Below, piece after piece: positions 9,151-17,226 of a DNA stretch of 64,000 bases. Within the stretch, counting starts at the first letter, position 1. The number at the start of each line of letters is the position of its first letter. The DNA comes from an uncultured bacterium (GTDB lineage Bacteria > Verrucomicrobiota > Verrucomicrobiia > Verrucomicrobiales > DEV007), in assembly GCA_963977015.1 (NCBI GenBank), contig CAXBMO010000007.1:192001-256000 (forward strand), in the 5' to 3' direction. Made by a program: the position numbers and the translations under genes. The notes under the pieces are model-generated. The model saw only the letters and a list, made by a program, of their open reading frames with translations. It searched no databases and had not been told where the DNA came from.

Positions 9151-10274
9151 CGTCGGCCGTCCGTCCCCGAAGCTTTGCCTCGATAAACCCGTCAAGATCG
9201 CCATCCATTACTGACTTCACGTCGCCAACGGTGTGGCCAGTGCGAATATCCTTCACCATTTGGTAGGGTTGAAACACGTAGGAACGAATTTGGCTCCCCC
9301 ACCCGATGTCCGATTTCTGGCCATATTCCTTCTCCATTTCGGCTCGCCGCTTGTCTTCTTCCAATTGGTAGAGCTTCGATTTCAGAACCCGCATCGCGGT
9401 TTGGCGATTCTTGAGCTGGCTGCGTTCCTCCGTGCATCGAATCTTGATCCCACTGGGAATGTGATGCAGATGGACCGCAGTCTCGACCTTGTTGACGTTT
9501 TGGCCACCTTTTCCACCGCTTCGCGCCGTGGTGATTTCCACATCGCTTTCGTCCACTTCAATGTCGATATCGTCATTGATCTCTGCCGTTACATCCACGC
9601 TGGCAAAAGACGTATGCCGTTTCTTCGCCGAATCGAACGGAGAAATCCGCACCAGGCGATGAACTCCGCGTTCGGCACTCAAATTCCCGAAAGCGTAGTC
9701 CCCTATCACCCGCATCATCGCAGACTTGGTTCCGGCTTCCTCCCCGGCTTGATGCTCAACAACCTCGACTTTGAAACCACGATTTTCAGCCCACCGCTGA
9801 TACATTCGCAGCAACATGTCCGCCCAATCGCAGGCTTCGGTTCCGCCTTGACCGGCGTTGATTGCGACAAAGCAGTTTTCCTTGTCATGCGGGCCGGCCA
9901 TCAGCAATTGAAGCTCATAAGCTGCGAGGTCGGCCTCCACCTTGGGAAATTCCTCCGCCAACTCTTTCGCGTAGTCAGCATCACCTTCATCCGCCATTTC
10001 TCGCAGAGCCATCAAATCTTCGATTCTCGACTCGAGATCGCGATAGGGTGTGACGCGCGATTTAATCGACGATACCTCATCGATCGTCTTCTGGGCTTTG
10101 TCTTTATCGTCCCAGAAGTCGGTTGCTCCCATCAGCTCTTCCAGCTCGGCAATTTTTTTGGTTTGAGCAGGGAGGTCAAAGATAGCGTCTGAGTTCGCCC
10201 AAACGTCCTTTCAACGCATCTGTATCCAGTGCGGAAAGGTCGCTTTTATTCTCAGACTGATTCTGGCTTGCCAT
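9128..10274 (-). CDS. prfB: Peptide chain release factor 2, with programmed +1 frameshift
   Basis: ORF1 [10 protein letters not shown]...LRRYL* ends at CTT TGA C. The +1 frame continues [22 protein letters not shown]... and carries SPF (RISPFDS) and GGQ ([10 protein letters not shown]). Confidence 0.96.
10175..10181 (-). other. prfB +1 ribosomal frameshift site CTTTGAC
   Basis: Minus strand reads ...AGA CGC TAT CTT TGA C CTC..., the canonical RF2 slippery/stop heptamer. Confidence 0.92.
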
Positions 10275-10353
10275 ATTGTTAGGATGAATAAGATTCTTGA
10301 GGGCGGCTACAATAATTCGCCTGGCGTTCCCGTCAAACACAGCACACCAGAAG

Positions 10354-10899
10354 GTGGAAAAAATCATGGCAACGCTCATTCGAACGGCACGTCTGACTGA
10401 AACCAGTCTGATTGTTCACTGGTGCAGTGAACAACGGGGACTCGTCAAGACTGTAGCAAAAGGCGCTCTGCGCCCCAAGAGCCCATTTTCCGGGAAGCTT
10501 GATCTGTTTTTCGAAGCCGAGCTCGTCTACATCCCAAGCAGAACCAGCGATCTCCACACGCTCAAAGAAGTTTCGGTGGTCAATCCGCGGAAACAAATCC
10601 GTCTCAGCTATGAATCCACCTTGGCTGCCGCCTGCTTTATCCGCTGGGTCGAGGTGGTTTCGGAACCTGAAGCACCGATTCCCGAAACGGCAGACCTTTT
10701 ACGGAGGGCTTTGAATTATCTGGATGAAAAAGGAGCGGACATGAAGGCCATCCTACACTTTGAAAAGCAGCTTGCGACATTCTCAGGCGTCTACAGTGGA
10801 AGGAAGACTGCGGCAGACGACCTCGGAGAAGCCTTTGGAACAAAACCTGTGCAACGCGAAGAATTGTTTCGCAAAATTCAAAGCAAGTTGCATAATTAA
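10354..10899 (+). CDS. recO: DNA repair protein RecO
   Basis: OB-fold N-terminus LTETSLIVHW...GLVKTVAKGALRPKSPFSGKLDLF...LHTLKEV. Likely start GTG 10354 or ATG 10366. Confidence 0.88.
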   Translation: MEKIMATLIRTARLTETSLIVHWCSEQRGLVKTVAKGALRPKSPFSGKLDLFFEAELVYIPSRTSDLHTLKEVSVVNPRKQIRLSYESTLAAACFIRWVEVVSEPEAPIPETADLLRRALNYLDEKGADMKAILHFEKQLATFSGVYSGRKTAADDLGEAFGTKPVQREELFRKIQSKLHN

Positions 10900-11009
10900 T
10901 GTTCAATTGTTCTCAAATTTGTGGAACAAGAACAGTCTAACTTTTTAGAAACTAACCGGACGCAGCCCATTTTTCAGTGAACCCTCAACTTGCCCAACGA
11001 CCTAAAGCC

Positions 11010-11921
11010 ATGTCGACCGGCCCTACGAATCTTCTTCAAGTCCTTCAAAAGCGTGTCGAAACTTTGCAGGGTGAGGGTAAACTTGAGGACGCATTGCGTG
11101 TGGCGCAAACGGCAGTGGACGCGGCGCGACGCAATGTTTCCAGCGACCCAGCCTGCGTTCCACAATTGGTCTCCACGCTCTTGATGCTGGCCGACCTGCG
11201 TCGCATGTGCAGCGACTTTGAAGGCGCCGAGAATGTGTATCTGGAAGGCCTTGGATTGGCTGCAGATGAAAACGTCGGAGTTTCCAATCTCGAGATTGCC
11301 CGTTTCCAGAGTGGTCTCGCATCGCTCTACGACTTTACGAGCCGCGAAACTCAAGCCATCCCACTTTACCAGGAAGCGATCAACCGTTTCGAGGGCAACA
11401 CTCCGCCAGAACTCGAAGAGTCCGCCTACCTCTGCAACAACCTGGCAATGATCTATAAGCAACTGGGTGACTTCCAGTCCGCCGAAACCTACTACCTCAA
11501 AGCACTCGGCGTTTTTGAATCCACTCGCGGGGCAAGTCACACATCTGTTGGAACCGTCTTGAACAATCTGGGTGGTCTCTATGGAGAGATGGATCAACCA
11601 GAGAAAGCTCGGGGAATGCACGAACGCGCGATGGCCATCAGGGAAAACGTCCATCCCAAAAACCATCCCGATCTCGGCCAGTCACTTTGCAATTTGGCCA
11701 CCGTCTATCACCAACTCGGAGACTTTAACAATGCAAAGAAGCATTACGATGCGGCAATGCGCTTGTTCGAAAAGAATCTTGAGGAAGCGGGAGAAGACTA
11801 CTCCATCTCCATGAGAAACTATGCCGAACTCCTTCGTGAGCATGGACATGAGGCCAAGGCTGAGGTGCTGGAACAAAAGCTACGCGGACTCGCTCAACAA
11901 ATGAGTGAAGGCCGTGTTTAG
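11010..11921 (+). CDS. Tetratricopeptide-repeat protein (TPR_10/TPR_12, kinesin-light-chain-like)
   Basis: Repeated ~42-aa units: LCNNLAMIYKQLGDF..AE.YY.KAL; VLNNLGGLY..M....KA; HPDLGQSLCNLATVYHQLGDF. Confidence 0.88.
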   Translation: MSTGPTNLLQVLQKRVETLQGEGKLEDALRVAQTAVDAARRNVSSDPACVPQLVSTLLMLADLRRMCSDFEGAENVYLEGLGLAADENVGVSNLEIARFQSGLASLYDFTSRETQAIPLYQEAINRFEGNTPPELEESAYLCNNLAMIYKQLGDFQSAETYYLKALGVFESTRGASHTSVGTVLNNLGGLYGEMDQPEKARGMHERAMAIRENVHPKNHPDLGQSLCNLATVYHQLGDFNNAKKHYDAAMRLFEKNLEEAGEDYSISMRNYAELLREHGHEAKAEVLEQKLRGLAQQMSEGRV

Positions 11922-12543
11922 GGCAACTGACGGACGTGCAGTTCAAGCTGGATCCGCTTCGGAGGATCCCATCGTTTTTTGATGGTCCCACCATTCTTGA
12001 GAGAGCGTTATAGGGCGAAATCTCTCCGTTCCTCGAAACTCGCCGGGGAAATGTTAATAACTCGTGAAAAACTCGAGCTAAAAGGAAAGTTGGATTTTTC
12101 GATGTTCCCTCCGAATGAGCATCATGTATGCCATTTTGCGAACTTTCCGCCACTTGGGAGTTGAATCTATTGGAAATCTTTCGTTTCCAGATTGCTGTAT
12201 TATCAGGATTCAGAACTCTTTAAGGTAACTTTTACAGTTACGTAACACGCTCACATTAACAGTGTTACACAGCATGATTCTTCACTTCTGATTTCCAAAG
12301 ATTTTCCCAAGTCAGTGACCGCCAATTCGTTTCCCTGAAAACACTTGGAAAATCCTGAGATTCTAGAATTGAACAGGAAAAGCTCAATTTCGCGCAAAAT
12401 ATACAAAAATCCGACTGTGAACAAGTCTCTGAAATTCTCCGAGAACGAATGCTTCCAAGCCAATTTCCCCGTTGAGGGATTCCCGTTTTTCTAGTTTTTA
12501 TAAATTAAATTGAGATTTCAGATCCAGATCGTATCCTTCCATT

Positions 12544-12690
12544 ACACCAGTCCCATGGAATTGAGCTGTTTGTTGCAAATAGCTCCTAGTTAAAGGCGAC
12601 GGGGGTTGTTAGCAGCCTCATCTCATCCAACGCCGATAGCTGAATTGAGGAGACAGGGATCATTGATCACTGTCTCCTCATTGCGTTCAG
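12544..12690 (+). ncRNA. Candidate structured small RNA, family not recognised
   Basis: Putative promoter TTGAGA(12510)-N16-TATCCT(12532) after an AT-rich tract. Hairpins GAGCTGTTTG/CAAATAGCTC (12563-12585), GGGGTTG/CAGCCTC inside GGCG/CGCC (12595-12634) and TGAGGAGACAG/CTGTCTCCTCA (12646-12680). Confidence 0.4.
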
Positions 12691-12733
12691 GGCTTGTTCT
12701 TGAGGTCGATCGCGTTTTGGGCGATTGTGTTAG

Positions 12734-13468
12734 ATGCGTTGCATTTGGCGGCTATTGATCCTCTCTCATTTTGCGATTTCGGGATTGTTGGCAGATCCTC
12801 CCAAAATGGAACCTCATCAACCGGAGGACGAACATCTTCAAACTCGCAGGCTTGAACTCCTGAAAACGCTGAGAAGTGAGCCCTACCTCATCGACTCGGA
12901 GCAGGTTCTTCAATCCATCGCGTCAGTCCCACGCGAAGAGTTCATGTTGAAGGCAAATCGCAAGCATGCCTATGAGAACATGCCCATGCCCATCCGGTTC
13001 GGCCAAACGATCAGCCAACCCTATATCGTAGCGTTCATGACCGAGAAACTCGCGCCAGAGCCGGATGACCGCGTCTTGGAAATCGGAACCGGTTCAGGAT
13101 ACCAGGCTGCGGTTCTCAGCCCTTTGGTGAAGCATGTTTACTCGATGGAGATTGTCCGTCCGTTGGCCGAGGAAGCAGCAAAGAAGCTCAAGAAACTTGG
13201 CTATCTCAATGTTTCCGTTCGAGCGGGAAATGGATATGAGGGTTGGCCCGAAGAGGCTCCTTTCGACTCTATCATTGTGACTTGCGCTCCGAACTCCATT
13301 CCGCAACCACTGATCGATCAACTTCGAGATGGTGGCCGGATGATCATCCCCGTGGGGGACTTTGGAAATCAACGTTTGGTTATTCTGGAGAAGAAGGATG
13401 GCAAGGTAACACGGACTGATACGCTTCGCGTTTTGTTTGTCCCGATGACGGAGGCCCCAAAGCCATGA
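12734..13468 (+). CDS. pcm: Protein-L-isoaspartate O-methyltransferase
   Basis: VPREEF, GQTISQPYIVAFMTE, VLEIGTGSGYQAAVL, GWPEEAPFDSIIVT, GGRMIIPVG, FVPM. Confidence 0.95.
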   Translation: MRCIWRLLILSHFAISGLLADPPKMEPHQPEDEHLQTRRLELLKTLRSEPYLIDSEQVLQSIASVPREEFMLKANRKHAYENMPMPIRFGQTISQPYIVAFMTEKLAPEPDDRVLEIGTGSGYQAAVLSPLVKHVYSMEIVRPLAEEAAKKLKKLGYLNVSVRAGNGYEGWPEEAPFDSIIVTCAPNSIPQPLIDQLRDGGRMIIPVGDFGNQRLVILEKKDGKVTRTDTLRVLFVPMTEAPKP

Positions 13469-13746
13469 ATGAAGATGGCGAGGTCTTTAAGGAAGACATG
13501 CGGCAGACTCTTGAAGAGATTGCGCGTTATTACATGCCATTCGGAAAGTATGGGCCGGAACATTTTCCTCCCAAAGGCAAACGTCTCTACGATTTGCCAT
13601 GGGAATACCTGCATTGGTTTAGCCAGCAAGGGTGGCCGAAAAGCCGCCTTGGCCAACTCATGGAGATTGTTTACCACATGAAGGGCGACGGCTCTGAGGA
13701 GATTTTTAACGTCTTTCGCCAAGCCGATAGAAAACGACGAACCTGA
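13465..13746 (+). CDS. DUF3820-family small protein
   Basis: MPFGKY...LYDLPWEYLHWF...G.P...LGQLM...Y..K..G signature. ATGA-coupled to pcm. Confidence 0.8.
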   Translation: MNEDGEVFKEDMRQTLEEIARYYMPFGKYGPEHFPPKGKRLYDLPWEYLHWFSQQGWPKSRLGQLMEIVYHMKGDGSEEIFNVFRQADRKRRT

Positions 13747-13756
13747 AAACGCGAAA

Positions 13757-13782
13757 GGCCGCCCTCTTGATGAAGGGCGGCC
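13757..13782. terminator. GC-rich hairpin between convergent genes, probable bidirectional terminator
   Basis: GGCCGCCCT-N8-AGGGCGGCC, a perfect 9-bp stem with A-tracts on the left flank. Confidence 0.65.
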
Positions 13783-13810
13783 AGTCGACAAAAATCGGGA
13801 AACGGTCAGG

Positions 13811-14278
13811 TTACTCAACCACCGTCATTACGCCTTTCATCAGCGCGAAATGACCTGGGAAGGTGCACAGGTAAGGGTAAAGACCGGCCTCGGCAGGGAC
13901 CTCCAGTTCAAGGACGTCGGTCCCACCAGGCTGGATCAACTTGGTATGTGCCAATACCACGTCCGCATTATCCGGGATGTAACCCTTCGTCAATCCCTCG
14001 GGATCTGCCATCAGAGCCATGGCGCCTTGAATCAAAGCGGCTTCCTGTCCAGGCTTTGCAATGACCAGATTGTGAGGCTGGGGAACCGCATCAGCAGGAA
14101 CTACCAAGGTGATTTTGACTGTCGTGCCAGCCTTGACGGTAAATTCCTTGACGTCGTAAAGGAAATTCATCTTGTCCGTGGTGATCGTGATTTCGGTAAC
14201 GGGATCGCCAGCAAATGCTTGACTGGAAAGTCCCAGGGCAACGATACCAAGGCCAATGTTTCGGAGGATATTCTTCAT
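13811..14278 (-). CDS. Azurin/auracyanin-like type-1 blue copper protein
   Basis: Signal peptide (SSQAFA). Copper ligands PHNLVI (His) and YLCTFPGHFALMKG (Cys, His, Met). Confidence 0.9.
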   Translation of the reverse strand: MKNILRNIGLGIVALGLSSQAFAGDPVTEITITTDKMNFLYDVKEFTVKAGTTVKITLVVPADAVPQPHNLVIAKPGQEAALIQGAMALMADPEGLTKGYIPDNADVVLAHTKLIQPGGTDVLELEVPAEAGLYPYLCTFPGHFALMKGVMTVVE

Positions 14279-14401
14279 ATAAGGTAGTCAGGTTCAAACA
14301 AGGTGAGCGGAGACCGCAAAGCCCTTAGACGGAGATAGCTTCGATCTGCTCGATGTTTTTTCGGTGGCGGAGGCTACACAGAAATGCCGAATTAGCAAGG
14401 C

Positions 14402-15355
14402 TCAGCCTCCATACTGATAAAAACGAAGCCCGAGCATGGGCAGTTGCAGCTTCTGAAACTTTTCCCAGTTCATCACCGCCCCAGCCGTGGCCAGAGCATC
14501 CGCCAATCCCGCATCGGGCGCCTCAACCGTCACGACACGATTGGCGTCGTGGCCAGCATCTCCGGTTGGGTTGAACAGATGGTGAAACTCCCCGGATTGG
14601 TCAAAACGATGGCCGTATCCGCCCGAACTCGCCAAGCCGCCATAGACAACGGAAATGGTGTCGTAGAACTCTCCCTCATCGATTGGAGACTCGACAGCGA
14701 TCTTCCACCCGTCATTCCCTCGTGGAGGCCCCAACGCGCAATACTCTCCCAAGTTGACCAATGCGTGGGTGATGCCCTGTCCGAGGATGAAACGAGCAAT
14801 CTTTTCCGAGACAAACCCCTGAGCCATTCCATTCAGGGTCAATCCCATTCCGGACTTCTTGAACCAAACCCGTTCATCGGAAAATCCGACATTTTCAAAG
14901 CCGACCTTCTCGAGAGCCGCGTCCAGAAGCTGTTGAGGTGGCTTGAAGCCGGAATCTGGATTCTGCCTGAAGTGAGCCTCATAGACTTCCCAGAGCGGTT
15001 GAACGGTCGGATCAAACGCACCATCCGTCATCTCATGCACCTCTTTGCAAAGCTTGAGCGCCTCCAGCAATTCATAGGGAGGATTTGGCAGGTGGCCAGC
15101 CCGATTCAACTGCCGAATGGTCGAGGCCTCGTCGTAGAGCGAGAATATGGCATCGAGCCGGGCGACTTCTCGATTCACCGCATTCATCACGGACCGCGCA
15201 TCTCTTTCGCTTTGGGCGTAAAAAAGGATCGAGCCACTGGTTCCAAGAACCGGCCCATACCATTTCCATAACCGATTTCGGCGGAAGTTCAGCCACCCCA
15301 GAGTCCCTACGGCTCCCAGAGCGCATCCCATTCCGATTGCGTAACGCCGATTCAT
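14402..15355 (-). CDS. FAD:protein FMN transferase, ApbE family (NosX-like)
   Basis: Start MNRRYAIG (Tat-like). FSLYDEAS...LN, TDGAFDPTVQPLW, LTLNGMAQGF, LVNLGE, ASSGGYG, HHLFNP, ADALATA. Confidence 0.85.
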   Translation of the reverse strand: MNRRYAIGMGCALGAVGTLGWLNFRRNRLWKWYGPVLGTSGSILFYAQSERDARSVMNAVNREVARLDAIFSLYDEASTIRQLNRAGHLPNPPYELLEALKLCKEVHEMTDGAFDPTVQPLWEVYEAHFRQNPDSGFKPPQQLLDAALEKVGFENVGFSDERVWFKKSGMGLTLNGMAQGFVSEKIARFILGQGITHALVNLGEYCALGPPRGNDGWKIAVESPIDEGEFYDTISVVYGGLASSGGYGHRFDQSGEFHHLFNPTGDAGHDANRVVTVEAPDAGLADALATAGAVMNWEKFQKLQLPMLGLRFYQYGG

Positions 15356-15470
15356 CGTTCCAGCCGGTTCAGATGGTGAGAATTTTCGCCATGAGCGCAT
15401 GATAGGACGACAAATGAGAAGCGTCTTCTCAAAATGGCATTTGAAAACCGTTTTCCGGCTTAGTCAGAAC

Positions 15471-15522
15471 TTGACAAGCCCCGGCAAATAAGCCATGGCT
15501 AAAAAGTATAGCCAAGACTATA
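15471..15522 (+). promoter_or_regulatory. Promoter of the metal ABC operon with two palindromic candidate operators
   Basis: TTGACA at 15471, palindrome AGCCATGGCT (15491-15500) and related TATAG-CCAAGA-CTATA (15507-15522), just before ATG 15527. Confidence 0.5.
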
Positions 15523-15526
15523 TCTT

Positions 15527-16450
15527 ATGAAATTCGCTCGAATCCTCCTCCTTGTCATCCCGTGGTTTTTTTCTGCGTGCACTCCTAACGAGGGAGGAAA
15601 AGTTCAAGTTGTTGCTACGACCACCATGGTCGCCGACATGGCTCGCGCGCTCCTCTCTGAGGTCGAAAATGTTGAATTGACGACCTTGATGGCTCCTGGC
15701 GTGGATCCTCACACCTACAATTTGCCGGCCCGTTCCATCGCCAAGCTAGATGGCGCGGACATCATTCTCTATTCAGGCCTGAAGCTCGAAGGACGCACTG
15801 AGGAACTTTACCAAAGCCGGGCAGGAAACGCCGTCGTTCTTGAAGTGGCGAGTTCCGTCCCCAGCGGCGATTTGATTGTTTCCGAAGGATTCGAGGGGCA
15901 TCCGGACCCCCACGTTTGGGGAGACCCTCGAATCTGGCTGAAATGCATTGATGCCGTCGTCGCGGCCCTTAGCGAAAAATTCCCCAACGATCGCGGAACG
16001 ATCGAGCAGAACGCCGATGCCTATCGCCAGGAACTGGTCGAGCTCCATCATTGGGCGACCCTGCGAACCAGCCAAATCCCGGAAGCCAATCGCATCCTGA
16101 TTACGAGCCACGACGCGTTCAACTACTTTGGCAAAGCGTATGGACTTGAGGTTATCGGGATCCAAGGAATATCCACGGAAAGCGAAGCCAGCGGAGCTGA
16201 TATGTCGAAAGCGGCTGAACTCATCCAGGAGCGAGCCATCAAAGCGGTTTTTGTCGAATCGAGTGTGAATGGAGCGACCATCGAGCGCCTGGCACAAGAC
16301 ACCGGCGCAACCATTGGCGGTGAACTTTTCTCTGATTCGCTCGGTCCCGCTGGCGAGGAAGAAACCTTCGATGGACAGACCTACGACGTGGGAACCTACG
16401 TCGGAATGCTCAAGCACAACGTCAACACCATCGTGGAAGCGCTGCAATGA
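15527..16450 (+). CDS. Mn/Zn/Fe ABC transporter substrate-binding lipoprotein (TroA/MntA-like)
   Basis: Lipobox FSAC, VVATTTM, PGVDPHTY, DPHVWGDP, LITSHDAFNYFG, VFVESSV, LFSDSLG. Confidence 0.93.
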   Translation: MKFARILLLVIPWFFSACTPNEGGKVQVVATTTMVADMARALLSEVENVELTTLMAPGVDPHTYNLPARSIAKLDGADIILYSGLKLEGRTEELYQSRAGNAVVLEVASSVPSGDLIVSEGFEGHPDPHVWGDPRIWLKCIDAVVAALSEKFPNDRGTIEQNADAYRQELVELHHWATLRTSQIPEANRILITSHDAFNYFGKAYGLEVIGIQGISTESEASGADMSKAAELIQERAIKAVFVESSVNGATIERLAQDTGATIGGELFSDSLGPAGEEETFDGQTYDVGTYVGMLKHNVNTIVEALQ

Positions 16451-17226
16451 CACCTGCCCTGGAAGTCCACGACCTCACGGTTGCGTATCGCAAAAAGCCG
16501 GTTCTCTGGGGAATCGACCTCGAAGTTCCCAGCGGCTGCCTTGTGGGGATTGTGGGCCCAAATGGAGCCGGCAAGTCGACGCTGATCAAAGCCTGCATGG
16601 GGCTTCTTCCCCTCAGCAGTGGATGGGTCGAGGTCTTCGGGAAGCCTCTTTCCGCAAACATCCGCCGCGTGGGCTACGTTCCGCAGCGCGAGGACATTGA
16701 TTGGGACTTTCCCGTCACCGTCCGCGATGTCGTATTGATGGGGAGATACGGCCATTTGGGATTGTTTCGACGCCCGCGAAAGCGAGACCAGGAAATCGCA
16801 GACGAGTGCCTGGAGCACGTCGGGATGGCCGACTACAGCTCCCGGCAAATCTCCCATCTCTCCGGCGGGCAACAGCAGCGGGTGTTTCTCGCCCGGGCGC
16901 TCGCCCAGGAAAGTGACATCTACTTCATGGATGAACCGTTTGTCGGCGTCGACGCAGCCACGGAGTCGAGCATCATCAACCTCCTGCGCGAATTGCGGGA
17001 TCGCGGCAAGACCCTGTTCGTCGTTCATCATGATCTTTCGACCGCGAGTGACTACTTCGACAAACTGGTGCTGTTGAACCAACGGCTGGTCGCGTTTGGC
17101 GACACGGAAGATGTCTTCACCACAAAACTCATCCACAAGACGTATGGCGGAAGGTTGACCATCATGGCGGACGTGGCGGAGGCACTGAATCGCGACGAGG
17201 GTTTGGCTGGCGTCGATCGACACTGA
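16447..17226 (+). CDS. Metal ABC transporter ATP-binding protein (TroB/MntB-like)
   Basis: GPNGAGKST, YVPQR, LSGGQQQRVFLARAL, MDEPF, VVHHDL. Confidence 0.95.
   Translation: MTPALEVHDLTVAYRKKPVLWGIDLEVPSGCLVGIVGPNGAGKSTLIKACMGLLPLSSGWVEVFGKPLSANIRRVGYVPQREDIDWDFPVTVRDVVLMGRYGHLGLFRRPRKRDQEIADECLEHVGMADYSSRQISHLSGGQQQRVFLARALAQESDIYFMDEPFVGVDAATESSIINLLRELRDRGKTLFVVHHDLSTASDYFDKLVLLNQRLVAFGDTEDVFTTKLIHKTYGGRLTIMADVAEALNRDEGLAGVDRH

Noticed and set aside
9128-10274. prfB as a frameshifted pseudogene
   Set aside because: The break is the canonical programmed CTT TGA C site, and the SPF and GGQ motifs are intact.
10900-10934. TGTTC/GAACA half-sites after recO as a LexA box
   Set aside because: The spacing is 11 bp or more, not 4. 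It is better explained as an imperfect hairpin between recO and the TPR gene.
12560-12600. GAGCT...AAATAGC...AGTTAA..AGGC superficially resembles a Cas9 sgRNA/tracrRNA scaffold
   Set aside because: The match is short and gapped, and there is no cas gene or repeat-spacer array in the window. Kept only as a generic sRNA candidate.
14300-14352. GCAAAGCC-containing stem upstream of the azurin gene as a c-di-GMP-I riboswitch
   Set aside because: It is on the wrong strand for the gene, and the GGCAAAC/GNRA and receptor elements are not in the required order.
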